Shown piece by piece: positions 1-10,139 of a stretch of 64,000 bases of DNA. Location: IMG/VR virus record IMGVR_UViG_3300008050_000026, positions 33,075-97,074 of that record; one strand, 5' to 3'. Both the position numbers and the translations under genes were made by a program. Each line of letters begins with the position of its first letter. Position 1 is the stretch's first letter. A model generated the notes under the pieces. The model did not search any database, was not told the DNA's origin, and was given only the letters and a program-made list of their open reading frames with translations. This stretch comes from a virus.

Positions 1-31
1 TTGACAATGAGACGAGTCAGTACTTCCAAGT

Positions 32-811
32 ATGATACCAATAGTAATAGATACCAGACCATTAGTCGAACAGTTTGCCCTTAGTAGATCAGAAGTCGAT
101 ATCCTTATCGATGAGTCAGTAAAATACGTTGTATCAAAATTTGCTGAATATTGGGAACTTGCAGCTCAACAGAAATTAAAGAAAACACGTCAAAGGTATA
201 TCAATAGCCTGAAGGTTATAGATACAGGTAGGATGACAGGTGCAGTAGTACTTGATTATACCCAAGACAAGATTGTACGTTTCGTTGAAGAAGGCATAGG
301 TGCTTTTGATATGAAAGCAGGATTTGAACGTTCTGCCAAAAAGAAGTTCACAAAGAAAGGAGGATGGTACTTGACTATTCCTTTTACGTATGCTACACCT
401 GATGCTATTGGCGAATCTTCAGTTTTTAATGCTAAATTGCCTTTCTCAATACATGAGGTGGCTAAGGAGCTGGATGGCGTACCTGTACAAATAGGTGATA
501 TTCCAAACAAATACCAGATAAAGAAAGTAAGGCCACCTATTACAAATCTTGGGTTGCGTGAGTCATTTGATAAATATGCCCATAAGACAAATATTTACCA
601 AGGTGTTGCGAAAAGAGGTAATTTTGATGGTAAGCCAACCTATATGTCTTTCAGAAGAGTTTCAAGCAATTCAGATGATCTTAGTTGGATACATACTGGA
701 ATAAACGCTTATAATCTTGCAACTGATGCAAAAAGTACGTTGGATAGGAATTTTGAGGATGTGATGGGGGAAGCAATAAACAAGGCTTTAGAACACATGG
801 GCTATGAATAA
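32..811 (+). CDS. putative neck/tail-completion virion protein
   Basis: 259-aa ORF upstream of the tail sheath region; 'FVEEGIGAFDMK' and 'WIHTG' segments resemble myovirus neck proteins; mainly a positional call. Confidence 0.45.
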   Translation: MIPIVIDTRPLVEQFALSRSEVDILIDESVKYVVSKFAEYWELAAQQKLKKTRQRYINSLKVIDTGRMTGAVVLDYTQDKIVRFVEEGIGAFDMKAGFERSAKKKFTKKGGWYLTIPFTYATPDAIGESSVFNAKLPFSIHEVAKELDGVPVQIGDIPNKYQIKKVRPPITNLGLRESFDKYAHKTNIYQGVAKRGNFDGKPTYMSFRRVSSNSDDLSWIHTGINAYNLATDAKSTLDRNFEDVMGEAINKALEHMGYE

Positions 812-1124
812 GGATTGGATAAAAAATAATTTGATGTGGTTAACACCAGTTGTTTTATCGGCTTTAGGTGGTGCAGGTACTGGAATAACCTATGCAGCAA
901 AATCGTTTATTTCTTATGAACAATCTGCTGGATATGAACAAGCAAGAAAAGATTTTCAACCAAAAATAGATACATTACGAAATGAAAAACATGCGATCTA
1001 TGAGAAGTATAATGGTTCAATGCTTGATGCTATGCGCTTGCGTGTTAAGCTCGAACATTGTGAAGGCTCAGAAACAACAGAGCCAGAAGATGAACAATGG
1101 GACTTTTCGGGGGTACAACCTTGA
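804..1124 (+). CDS. putative inner-membrane spanin (Rz-like)
   Basis: N-terminal hydrophobic segment (LMWLTPVVLSALGGAGTGITYAA), then a helical coiled-coil-like region with a late Cys; overlapped by a lipoprotein-like ORF in another frame. Confidence 0.5.
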   Translation: MNKDWIKNNLMWLTPVVLSALGGAGTGITYAAKSFISYEQSAGYEQARKDFQPKIDTLRNEKHAIYEKYNGSMLDAMRLRVKLEHCEGSETTEPEDEQWDFSGVQP

Positions 1125-1290
1125 AACTGAGAATATCATAATTTACGATTATGAAACTTTGACACCTGTTGATAGTTTACACATTACTGAAGAGTTGAGG
1201 AAAATCCAAGGTATTAAGGATCCAGACTTTAGGAATGAAGAAATAGAGGACGTATACGAAACAGTTAAAGAAGCAAAAAATCCAGAATGA
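982..1290 (+). CDS. putative outer-membrane spanin (Rz1-like) or secreted protein
   Basis: Starts inside 804..1124 in the +1 frame; signal-like MRSIMVQCLMLCAC with lipobox-like L-C-A-C; stop overlaps the next ATG (ATGA). Confidence 0.45.
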   Translation: MKNMRSMRSIMVQCLMLCACVLSSNIVKAQKQQSQKMNNGTFRGYNLETENIIIYDYETLTPVDSLHITEELRKIQGIKDPDFRNEEIEDVYETVKEAKNPE

Positions 1291-1985
1291 TAGTACCAGA
1301 ACAAATCGTAAGGGATGCATTAGAAAAGATCTTGGATTTCATTAAAACAGATTTTGATACTGCATCTAATGAAAGTGAAAGTTATCTGCATAGAGTGTTG
1401 GGTCTTGATGATGACTTGAAATTGACTAACAGGTATGAGTTCTATAAACAAGCAAAAGCGCTATTTACAGATCAACCTGATGGTAGACGAAGATTGAAAA
1501 CTCATTTGTTCTTCAATGCTGAACGACATGGAGCACCTACAATGCATATCATGCCTTCAAATGATACACCTACACCAAGTGGAATTGGTTTGAACCAAGG
1601 AAATTATGAAGGAATTGTGTCTGGAGATGAAGATGGATATTTGAACGAGTTGATGACAAGGGCATATACTTCACAGATGCCAATGGTATTCACATCAGAT
1701 AATCCTTCTGAAGTTCTCATGATGTATTATTTCGTAAGACAGCTTCTAATACCAATGTTCAATCATTTTGAAATGAAAGGTTTGAAGAACTGTACAGTTA
1801 GTGGTGCACCAATTAATATAGAAGAACATTTAGTACCAAAAGGAATTTTTGCGAAACAGTTAACTATGACCTATTATAATGAACTGAATTCGGTAAACTT
1901 TTATACTTTAGCAAAAATCAATGATCTCAATTTCATTCAAATAATTCAGGATGCCTTCGAAGACAATTCCATTAGCGGCTCGTAA
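1287..1985 (+). CDS. putative tail terminator/neck protein
   Basis: 232 aa, just upstream of the sheath; ends in EDNSISGS; positional call. Confidence 0.45.
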   Translation: MIVPEQIVRDALEKILDFIKTDFDTASNESESYLHRVLGLDDDLKLTNRYEFYKQAKALFTDQPDGRRRLKTHLFFNAERHGAPTMHIMPSNDTPTPSGIGLNQGNYEGIVSGDEDGYLNELMTRAYTSQMPMVFTSDNPSEVLMMYYFVRQLLIPMFNHFEMKGLKNCTVSGAPINIEEHLVPKGIFAKQLTMTYYNELNSVNFYTLAKINDLNFIQIIQDAFEDNSISGS

Positions 1986-2469
1986 AGGAGTTCAAGTAGA
2001 AGATGGCAAAGTAATTGCTGTCTATCAAAGAGGAGATAGTTGGAAACCATATTCAGATCAAGAGTCTGATAATGCTATCGAACTAATTGACAAATACCTT
2101 GATGGATTGAAAGGACCTAAAGCAACTGAGGCTTCTGAAGTCAGTAAGACGACTGAAGATAAACTTCAGGACAAAATTGAAGATCTTGAAGAAACTATTG
2201 ATGCAGTTGAAGACTTGGTTGAAGATCTTAAGGCTGAAAAAGCCAGACGCCCACGAAATATTCAGGAGCAAGTAACGAGTCATATTCGTGAAATTGGTGC
2301 AGAGCAGTTGTTATTGGATAACCCAGTAAACCTATCTACAGTTCTTCGTCAAGTTACTATTGCTCAACCAAATTCGGTAAGATTTCTTAAGAAAAAGTAT
2401 GGTAATGCTACATTCACATACTCTCAATGGAAAGAACTTTTCCTAAAAGAAAACGTCATCGATAGTTAA
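1951..2469 (+). CDS. hypothetical protein with central coiled coil
   Basis: 172-aa ORF; heptad-like LQDKIEDLEETIDAVEDLVEDLK. Confidence 0.6.
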   Translation: MPSKTIPLAARKGVQVEDGKVIAVYQRGDSWKPYSDQESDNAIELIDKYLDGLKGPKATEASEVSKTTEDKLQDKIEDLEETIDAVEDLVEDLKAEKARRPRNIQEQVTSHIREIGAEQLLLDNPVNLSTVLRQVTIAQPNSVRFLKKKYGNATFTYSQWKELFLKENVIDS

Positions 2470-2475
2470 AATGAT

Positions 2476-2483
2476 TATATTTG
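2476..2483 (+). promoter_or_regulatory. Bacteroidota-type -7 promoter element upstream of the sheath gene
   Basis: TATATTTG matches TAnnTTTG in the intergenic gap before ATG 2522. Confidence 0.45.
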
Positions 2484-2521
2484 ACACAGATAACATCGGT
2501 CTTTTTGAAGATAATTAGATA

Positions 2522-4174
2522 ATGGCAACAGAGTTCACGTTTGACGGAAAAACGATAATCATCCCAGGTACTCATTCACGTTTAGTTAGTGGAGTAAAGA
2601 ACCAACCAGTAGAACTTTCTTATGGAACAGCACTTTTCATTGATACTGGAAGTGGTGCAGGATACGGAGGAGGTGCTGGAATAAATGGGGTTACAGCTGA
2701 TAGGAAAGATGCTTTTTACGAATTTGACAATCTTCGCGATTTTCAAAATTTCGTTGGGGGAAACCTACCTTGGTTACTTGCTACACCATTATTCAAACCT
2801 GCAGGATCTGGTATTCAAGGTCTTTCAAAACTTATTTACGTACGAGCTGCCAGAACAGCCCCCGGAACTTTAACAATTGAATTTGTAGGTGATGGAACGG
2901 CTTCAGTATCTACTTCAATCAACAATGGTGGATCATTAACCATAAGAACAAAATACGAAGGGCTTACTGCAAATGGTGCTTTATCACCAGACCTATCAAG
3001 ATTGTCAAGAGGTTTTGGTGTAACAATGGAAGCCGGCATTGATGATACTGCAAAATTTGTATTAAAATTCTGGCGAGGTGCTTTCACTGGAAACGATGCA
3101 AATGGATTTCCACATGATGGAATTGCTGAAAATGATGGTAATCCAATTCTTCTTACAACAAGTCCAGAATTTGACAACGTTGCTGAATTGGTAACATGGA
3201 TGCAGGGTGATTTTGAATTCAATGGTTTCTTTGAACTTACAGGTTCAGCAGTAAATGGTACAGGTGCTGTTGATCAATACGACCTTTTAGATTTTGGAAC
3301 AATTCAATTGTTTACAGGGGGAGCAGAAACATTTGGATCAACAAGTTTAGATGATGTTCTTGAAGATATTGCAAACATGGATTTCAGTTTCATTCTTTGT
3401 GATAGATATGGTACTGAGTCACAGCATGGAAACAATTTCAGAATTGCTGCCGCTGCAAACGATCACAAATACGAACCAGAAGTTTACATAGCATCTCAGG
3501 ATGATAGATCTGGTTTTGCTTTATCAAAAGCTGATTGTGTATACTATGATAATGAGAACACTACTGTAGTCCATGGTGCTGTAAGGATTTCAAATCGAAA
3601 TTCAGCATTGGGTTATAGGGTCTATTCATCGATATACAAAGCAGCTGGACTATTAGGGCGTGAAGCAGGTCGTCCACCACAAGTACCTTTGACAAACAAA
3701 AATATTGCAATCTCTGGTGAGGAGCATGCACTATCGGAAAAAGAAGCTAAGCAGGCTTTGAAGATAGGTTTGCTTGTAACATGGAAAGACAATGGTAAGT
3801 TCGTTTGTATCAAAGGTGTAAACTCACTTCAAAAAAATACTTACTTGTTGAACGAGGATGGAACAACCCACTCTAAGCAATTGCGAAGAATGGGTCGTCA
3901 ACTCAACAAGGAGATCATCATCAATTCAAAAGCTCAATTGCTTGATCAAGAAGAAGGAGTTAACAGAAATACACTTTCTGAAGCTGATGTGAAAACATGG
4001 TTATTCGGTTATTTGAAACTGAAAACAGCTGACTCTGAAACTGATAACTTGGTGATCTCACAAAGAAATATAACAGTTACGAGAAATCAGGATTTATACG
4101 ATGTCGAATATGAGGTTGTAATGAATACTGAAATATCGTTCATCTTATTCACAGGTAAAATCGTAGATTTGTAA
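2522..4174 (+). CDS. contractile tail sheath protein
   Basis: 550 aa; N-terminal 'IIPG', 'PPQVPLTNK', C-terminal 'KGVNSL' and 'YDVEYEVVMNTEISFI' typical of sheaths; followed by a tube-sized gene. Confidence 0.88.
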   Translation: MATEFTFDGKTIIIPGTHSRLVSGVKNQPVELSYGTALFIDTGSGAGYGGGAGINGVTADRKDAFYEFDNLRDFQNFVGGNLPWLLATPLFKPAGSGIQGLSKLIYVRAARTAPGTLTIEFVGDGTASVSTSINNGGSLTIRTKYEGLTANGALSPDLSRLSRGFGVTMEAGIDDTAKFVLKFWRGAFTGNDANGFPHDGIAENDGNPILLTTSPEFDNVAELVTWMQGDFEFNGFFELTGSAVNGTGAVDQYDLLDFGTIQLFTGGAETFGSTSLDDVLEDIANMDFSFILCDRYGTESQHGNNFRIAAAANDHKYEPEVYIASQDDRSGFALSKADCVYYDNENTTVVHGAVRISNRNSALGYRVYSSIYKAAGLLGREAGRPPQVPLTNKNIAISGEEHALSEKEAKQALKIGLLVTWKDNGKFVCIKGVNSLQKNTYLLNEDGTTHSKQLRRMGRQLNKEIIINSKAQLLDQEEGVNRNTLSEADVKTWLFGYLKLKTADSETDNLVISQRNITVTRNQDLYDVEYEVVMNTEISFILFTGKIVDL

Positions 4175-4186
4175 TAACGAAACACA

Positions 4187-4690
4187 ATGGATAGAGTATT
4201 AACAGGCGCGATAGCATTGGTCAAGAGTAACGGAGTGGTTATTGGCAAAATGCGTGACATTAACATTCAGGAGAATAATCAACGTCAGCGAATTGGTGGA
4301 ATAGGAACTATACTACCAAAAGAAATTGCTGCCACGATGTGGTCAGGAACCTTATCATGCTCATTCTTTGAAGTTGACTTTAAGAAATCAGGTATACCAA
4401 AAGCAATAAGGAGAGATACCGATGGAGTTGCTGCATCTCAGGCTGGAGGAACTAATAACCCCTCCTTTGAAGATCAAATTGTCCTTGATGAAGTTGGTGT
4501 CCAAGTTGATGTTTTCAAAAAGGTCACAGATGTGATAGATCCTACTACAGGATTGATCAGGCCAAAACTCGAACCATACGCAGTAGTTGGAAGATGTTTC
4601 ATCGAAGGTGATGGCGTTCAAATTGCTGATGGTCAGGTTTCAGGAAGAAATCAGTCATTCCAATATATGGATCCAGTTCTCGAACTATAA
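4187..4690 (+). CDS. tail tube protein
   Basis: 167 aa directly after the sheath; 'IGGIGTILPKE', 'SGTLS' and 'FQYMDP' tube-like pattern; followed by a terminator. Confidence 0.8.
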   Translation: MDRVLTGAIALVKSNGVVIGKMRDINIQENNQRQRIGGIGTILPKEIAATMWSGTLSCSFFEVDFKKSGIPKAIRRDTDGVAASQAGGTNNPSFEDQIVLDEVGVQVDVFKKVTDVIDPTTGLIRPKLEPYAVVGRCFIEGDGVQIADGQVSGRNQSFQYMDPVLEL

Positions 4691-4721
4691 TCCAACCCTT
4701 TATTTTCCAGTTGACACTGTG

Positions 4722-4748
4722 GACGCCTCCAAATGGGGCGTTTGCTTT
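4722..4748 (+). terminator. intrinsic terminator after the tail tube gene
   Basis: GACGCCTC-CAAAT-GGGGCGTT stem-loop followed by a T-rich tract. Confidence 0.6.
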
Positions 4749-4749
4749 G

Positions 4750-4771
4750 TAATAAAAAATGATTATTTTTG
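4750..4771 (+). promoter_or_regulatory. conserved 22-bp phage promoter motif
   Basis: TAATAA-AAAA-TGATTA-TTTTTG; one of about ten intergenic copies. Confidence 0.7.
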
Positions 4772-4789
4772 CTTCAAATAAATCGGAAA

Positions 4790-5173
4790 ATGAAAACACC
4801 TGAAAGAACAATCAAAGTAAAACTATTAGAAAAGGAATACGAGGTTGAATTTCCAGCCACAAGAGGCCTTATCGAAATCAGTATCCAGAAAGCTAATATC
4901 TCAAGACAGACGTATGATGCCATTTCGGCTTCAGGATCTGCTGATGATACATATTCAAGGTTCACAATTGATATGATAGCAACATTTCGGGTAATGATCA
5001 AAGACATTGAAAAAGATCTGAATGTTAGTAATTTCTTGGATCTTGATCCTTTACATGCTAAACAGTTCTTAAGCGTGTATCTTAAAGAGGTTCTACCTTG
5101 GATTGTTGAATGGCAAAAAGTTCTGAACGCAGAACCTGAAGAGAAGAAAGAACCTTCAGATGGCCAATCATGA
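4790..5173 (+). CDS. tail assembly chaperone
   Basis: Between tube and tape measure genes; ATG 4790 preferred because it lies downstream of the promoter motif. Confidence 0.6.
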   Translation: MKTPERTIKVKLLEKEYEVEFPATRGLIEISIQKANISRQTYDAISASGSADDTYSRFTIDMIATFRVMIKDIEKDLNVSNFLDLDPLHAKQFLSVYLKEVLPWIVEWQKVLNAEPEEKKEPSDGQS

Positions 5174-5501
5174 TAATTTTCTAAGCAAAATTGAAGATAT
5201 TCGTGGCTTTCTGATTGAATGGAACAATACTTATCCATTTGATAGAATATACAGGAAGAAATATAATATCCCGTTTGGTTCTGAGGAACACCTCAGCATA
5301 AATCAAATAGACGTATATTTGGATATCGCTGAGGATAGGCTATTCAATAATCTGTTCGTTGACCTGTCAGAAGTAGATAGTGGTAGAAAGAAATACAAGC
5401 ACGGTGAAATCTATCGCGAAGAAAAAGAGTCAGAAGAGGTAATCTCTGAATTGTTCGACAAGATCGACATTAACGATATACAAGACAATGGCGGACAATA
5501 A
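5160..5501 (+). CDS. second tail assembly chaperone-like protein
   Basis: 113 aa immediately before the tape measure gene; 'YRKKYNIPFGS' motif; positional call. Confidence 0.5.
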   Translation: MANHDNFLSKIEDIRGFLIEWNNTYPFDRIYRKKYNIPFGSEEHLSINQIDVYLDIAEDRLFNNLFVDLSEVDSGRKKYKHGEIYREEKESEEVISELFDKIDINDIQDNGGQ

Positions 5502-7425
5502 AACAGTAAACTTTAAGGGAAAAGATGGTGGCATCAATCAGTTGATGGACCAGTATAAGCGTAAAGCTGATACGATGTATTCAAACATGAAGCGTGATGC
5601 TGATAGTTTGAACATGTCCTTAGAGAAGCAGGTCAAGTTTATGAACCAACAGGTTGATACCCTTGAAAAACAATCACGTCTCATTAAACAACGCTTAGTA
5701 GACCAAGCAGCATCAGATTTTCAAAGTGAGTCATTCAATTCAAGGAATGCTCAACAAAGGGAACAAGCCAATATAGGTTATAGAACTACCATTGAAGGTG
5801 CTGAGTCAAAAAGAACAGAAGATAGGGAAGTAATTGGGTTGCTCCGTGAAATGATCAGAGCTAATGAGGACGATGAATTTGTAGATGAAGCACGAAGTTC
5901 TGGTCCAAATGGTCCCAATGGGAATATTATGGACATTCTGAAAAGAATGGAGAAGGAACTCAAAGGTATTAATAAGAATACAGGTATTACTGCTGGAGTG
6001 GGTGGAGCTGCTGGAGGTGCGGCAGGTGGGTTCTTTGGAAGTCTATTTGGAAATCGCGCTTCAGGTGCTGGCGGAGGTTTTGGAGGCGGAGGTGCTGGCG
6101 GAGGTTTTGGAGGAGGTCATGGAGGAGGCAGTCATGGTATTTTTGGAGGAATGCTTCGAGCCAATATGGTAGAAAATCTTGCTAAGAAACTTGGTAAGAT
6201 GGGTAATGTTAAAAGTGAAAATGAGATGATAGGATCTTGGGCTGGCTTAATGGCTCAAGGTGCAATATCAGCCCCATTGGTAGCAGCTGCTGCATTAGGT
6301 GATATGTTTGGATATGAAGGAGGTACTGATCTTGCCTTAAAATTAGGTGAAGTAGGGGGCGAGGTTGTAGGTGAAGCTAAATCAAGAGAACTTGAGGAGT
6401 TTGAACAATATGAAATTCCAATGTTCAAATTAGGAGCAACAACTGGACAAAGAACTTCTAAAGATCTTTCTGGGTTAGGTATTGAACGAAGTAAATCAGT
6501 ACAATTATCATTAGAACTTGCAAAAGCACAAATGAGTAGAAATGCTTTACTATCAAGGACAAATCTTGTTGCAAGAGGTGAAGCTGGTTTAGGTTTAGAT
6601 AGAAGTACAATGCTTGGTCTTGCTGGAATGTCAAGAATGACTTCTGGTGATATGTTAGAAAACATGTCTGGTTTGTATGGTAATATGAGGTCACAAGGTC
6701 TAATGGGATCTTCAAATATGTTGCCATTTCATGAAGCTATGCAATTTCAATTGGCTTTTGGTCAACAAAAAGGAAGTTCATTAGAAAGTTTGAATTCAGG
6801 TGATCTATCGGGGGCTGTAACAATGATGAGAGGAATAGGGGGAGGTTTTGGTGATCAAAGAGGACTTGGAAGAATGACACAAATAGATCAAGGGCTTGCA
6901 AAACCAGGGAATGATTATCAAAAAGCAAGATCTTTTTCTGCATTGTCAAAACTCAATCCTAATGCTTCGTATTTTGAATTACTCGAAATGCAAGAAAAAG
7001 GAGTTATGCAAGAAGGTTATCTTGGTGCTATGTTGAAACAACTTGAAGGTGAAGTTGGTGGAGGACAAAATCTTATGATGGGAGCAATGTCAGAATTTGG
7101 TGTATCACCTGAAGTAAGTAGATCATTAGTTGAAAAGTTTGAAAAGGATAGAACATATTTTGACAAATTTGCAGGTAGTACTGAAGATGCTGCTACAATG
7201 GCTGGTTTCAAAGGCGAGTTAGGTGGGAAATTAGCAGGTTCAGAACAATGGGTAACACACATGGAAGTTTCAGTAGCAAAAATTGCTGATGCTTTTGTAG
7301 AGTCTTGGCATAAAGGTATTACTGAAGCATTTTCATATAGTGGTCATAAGATGTCAAAAGAATTAAAACGAGAAATAGATAAATTATTCCATTCTGAACA
7401 TGGAACTCATCATCAAATTCACTAA
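5488..7425 (+). CDS. tape measure protein
   Basis: 645 aa, helical and Gly/Ala/Met-rich, with hydrophobic stretches; follows the chaperones. Confidence 0.7.
   Translation: MADNKTVNFKGKDGGINQLMDQYKRKADTMYSNMKRDADSLNMSLEKQVKFMNQQVDTLEKQSRLIKQRLVDQAASDFQSESFNSRNAQQREQANIGYRTTIEGAESKRTEDREVIGLLREMIRANEDDEFVDEARSSGPNGPNGNIMDILKRMEKELKGINKNTGITAGVGGAAGGAAGGFFGSLFGNRASGAGGGFGGGGAGGGFGGGHGGGSHGIFGGMLRANMVENLAKKLGKMGNVKSENEMIGSWAGLMAQGAISAPLVAAAALGDMFGYEGGTDLALKLGEVGGEVVGEAKSRELEEFEQYEIPMFKLGATTGQRTSKDLSGLGIERSKSVQLSLELAKAQMSRNALLSRTNLVARGEAGLGLDRSTMLGLAGMSRMTSGDMLENMSGLYGNMRSQGLMGSSNMLPFHEAMQFQLAFGQQKGSSLESLNSGDLSGAVTMMRGIGGGFGDQRGLGRMTQIDQGLAKPGNDYQKARSFSALSKLNPNASYFELLEMQEKGVMQEGYLGAMLKQLEGEVGGGQNLMMGAMSEFGVSPEVSRSLVEKFEKDRTYFDKFAGSTEDAATMAGFKGELGGKLAGSEQWVTHMEVSVAKIADAFVESWHKGITEAFSYSGHKMSKELKREIDKLFHSEHGTHHQIH
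6063..6113 (+). repeat. 27-bp-period tandem duplication (GAGGGFGGG x2) in the tape measure gene
   Basis: AGGTGCTGGCGGAGGTTTTGGAGG at 6063 and 6090. Confidence 0.85.
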
Positions 7426-10139
7426 TGAGGGAAGAATTATTTGAATACACTCATCAAGATAAGTCTCAAGCTGTATTGGGTGACATCGTTGAAGATCTTG
7501 CTTCTGTATTGTATGGTTCGCTATTACATGAAGTACTTCTTGTCAAAGATGATAATGGTGTTGATAATATATCCCGCCTTGTTGAGTTCTATACTGAGGA
7601 TGATCTTCAAACAAACTCAGAAGACTCGATCAGATCGTTTGCGGAAGCGATAAAAGAAACAAAGGCAACTGAGAATGATGATCAATTAAAAAATCTTAAG
7701 GTCTACAACCAGACAGTATTCATGGTCGATATGCATCTTGTTGAAAGGATGCTTGTATTTACACAATCAACTCAACAAGTTGATCAATCGTCATATAATG
7801 CATTTATGTCAGAGGCGCATTATCGTTTGCTTCGAAGTCCATTACATCAACAGGTTCTTGAGTCAAAAAATGTTTCAAGAGGTGTTGCAAAGAATTTATT
7901 TGTACATGCTTCTGTATGGGGGTGGTCAAAAACGCTTTCACTTGATAATGATGGAAACTATAAAGATGTAATTGTAAATTGCTCGCCTTTCCTGTTTGAT
8001 CTTACAACTGAAACAAATGAAAATGGTGGAAGTTTTCAAATGTCATTAGCTCCAGTTCAAGCTGAATATAGAGATGATAATTGGCAGATCAAAGATGGTT
8101 CATTGAAAGGATCACCTGACAATCGTATTTCACATTCCAATTTGCATACCAATAATTTTAACAGGTCTGATTATTATTTTGAAAAGATATTTCAGGAAAA
8201 TGACGTGATTTTCATCAGGTTTGAAACACTTGAGATAGAAAAACAATCAAGATATGATAATGCAAGGAAATTATTCATAGATAAGACTGAAATACCAAAC
8301 AAGCCTTATGATATGATAGCCCTCATTGATGGTGTTGATATAACAACTGATCCTGAGTCAAATGAAGTTTCTGTTAAAATAAGAGGTAGGGATCTTACAA
8401 AATTACTTATTGAGGATGGTGTGTATTTCTATCCACAGTTATTTGCAACAGGTGGAATGTTCGCTAACATATCAGATGACGATAAGCTTAAGAGATATGA
8501 CGGACAATTACAGAGTCTGTTTGTGTTTTCATTCAAGAACGTTTCGACAACGTTAAAATTCATCATGAATGCACTTTCAAATATTGAAATCGTTTCCGAT
8601 AAATTATTTGAACCATATAGTAACAGTAAAGACTTTGATGGGAATATTAAGGATAGACGAAATTATTTCTATTCTGAAAAGGAATTGACAGAAGCCTTAG
8701 CGTATGAAAAACGTGATACTGATGTCAAAAAGGTAATATCAGAAATTGAAGATGCAAGGGCATTAAGGGGGTTAATAAATTCAACACCTCTTGCAATATT
8801 ACAGAATTTGAACTTATTTGTTGCTCATTTGATAAAATATGATTTGTTCAATGTAGTAGATGGAGGAGATTTTGTTGGATTACCTAAAGGTTGGGGAGCT
8901 ACTACGTATGATGGTCAAAATCTAAAGGCTAATGAACTTCCTTTATTTTCTAAGGATACTTTGATGTCAAAGTTACCTGGGCTCAATAGGATGATTTTGA
9001 ATTTGACGAAACCCACATTGATAACTTCTCAAGGTACAATACATCAAGACATTGACGTACTTGGAATAGTAACACTTGTTCGAGAAAATCTTGTTTCTGT
9101 GGGTGTGACAAGTAATTTTAGACAATTACCCACTGAAAATCCTGCTAAAGGAATTTGGCAGATCATAAATCTTGTAATTGATGAGTCGGTTCAACAAAGA
9201 CGTTTGACTGACTCAAGTATTGGAAATGAGCATGGTAGTCTCATTAATGCTGTTAAAAAGATTTGTCAATCACCTTTTGTAGAGTTTTTTACAGATACAT
9301 ATTATGATAAATTTTATTTCGTAGCAAGAAAACAACCTTTCGATAGGAAATCATTGGAAAGTGTTTTGAATGGTACAGTTGTAATTGATACCACAAAAGA
9401 AAGTTACGGGAATGATTATGGTCCTCTTATTGTTGATATTAATGAAGAAGATATTCTTCAAGAAAACATAACGTATGGTGATACTGCATTTTCATGGTAT
9501 TACTTGAGACCTATAAATATGTTGAATGGTGGTGTAAATGATATGAACTTTGCTTATTTGAAAGCAGTTTATTTCAAACGCTATGCTGAGATATGGGGGT
9601 CCAAGCCTTATGACATTTCGACGAATTACATTGATTACTATTCAGTTCAGGATAAGGAGTTGAGAAACTCAGTTGGTCGATACATAAAACAAGGTATCTA
9701 TGATCTGAAATTCATTATTGACATTCACGCGCATTTACCTTTTACAAGAAAAGGGAACATAACAATAACACCCAACCGTAGAATAAAACGAGCAAATTAT
9801 GTACGTCTTGTTTCAACAGGTGAGATATTCTATGTTGATGGAGTGGAACAGAATATGGCTGTTACTAATAGTGAAATAACAAGAAGCACAAATCTTACTA
9901 TTTCAAGAGGTATGGTTGAGAAACATATCAACCCACCTGAATTAAGTCCAAATCAAGATAGTGGTCTTTATTCGTATTTTGACATCATAAATACAGACAT
10001 TCCAGAAGGTATTTTTGAACAAAAGTCAGATGATGGTCAAGCGTTAAGTGCTAACGAATACAACGAAAAGATCTTGGCTAACTGGGGTGTAAATGATGAT
10101 GTATTTGATTTTTTCTTAAAAAAGAAACAATTTCTATAA
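7425..10139 (+). CDS. baseplate hub / tail-associated protein
   Basis: 904 aa after the tape measure gene; 'IRGRDLTKLL', 'PFVEFF' and 'FYVDGVEQ' hub-like segments. Confidence 0.65.
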   Translation: MREELFEYTHQDKSQAVLGDIVEDLASVLYGSLLHEVLLVKDDNGVDNISRLVEFYTEDDLQTNSEDSIRSFAEAIKETKATENDDQLKNLKVYNQTVFMVDMHLVERMLVFTQSTQQVDQSSYNAFMSEAHYRLLRSPLHQQVLESKNVSRGVAKNLFVHASVWGWSKTLSLDNDGNYKDVIVNCSPFLFDLTTETNENGGSFQMSLAPVQAEYRDDNWQIKDGSLKGSPDNRISHSNLHTNNFNRSDYYFEKIFQENDVIFIRFETLEIEKQSRYDNARKLFIDKTEIPNKPYDMIALIDGVDITTDPESNEVSVKIRGRDLTKLLIEDGVYFYPQLFATGGMFANISDDDKLKRYDGQLQSLFVFSFKNVSTTLKFIMNALSNIEIVSDKLFEPYSNSKDFDGNIKDRRNYFYSEKELTEALAYEKRDTDVKKVISEIEDARALRGLINSTPLAILQNLNLFVAHLIKYDLFNVVDGGDFVGLPKGWGATTYDGQNLKANELPLFSKDTLMSKLPGLNRMILNLTKPTLITSQGTIHQDIDVLGIVTLVRENLVSVGVTSNFRQLPTENPAKGIWQIINLVIDESVQQRRLTDSSIGNEHGSLINAVKKICQSPFVEFFTDTYYDKFYFVARKQPFDRKSLESVLNGTVVIDTTKESYGNDYGPLIVDINEEDILQENITYGDTAFSWYYLRPINMLNGGVNDMNFAYLKAVYFKRYAEIWGSKPYDISTNYIDYYSVQDKELRNSVGRYIKQGIYDLKFIIDIHAHLPFTRKGNITITPNRRIKRANYVRLVSTGEIFYVDGVEQNMAVTNSEITRSTNLTISRGMVEKHINPPELSPNQDSGLYSYFDIINTDIPEGIFEQKSDDGQALSANEYNEKILANWGVNDDVFDFFLKKKQFL

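Noticed and set aside
5100-5173. Programmed frameshift joining the two tail chaperone ORFs
   Set aside because: The downstream ORF is in the +1 frame, has its own ATG at 5160 and an in-frame stop at 5124; I found no canonical X XXY YYZ slippery heptamer in the shared window
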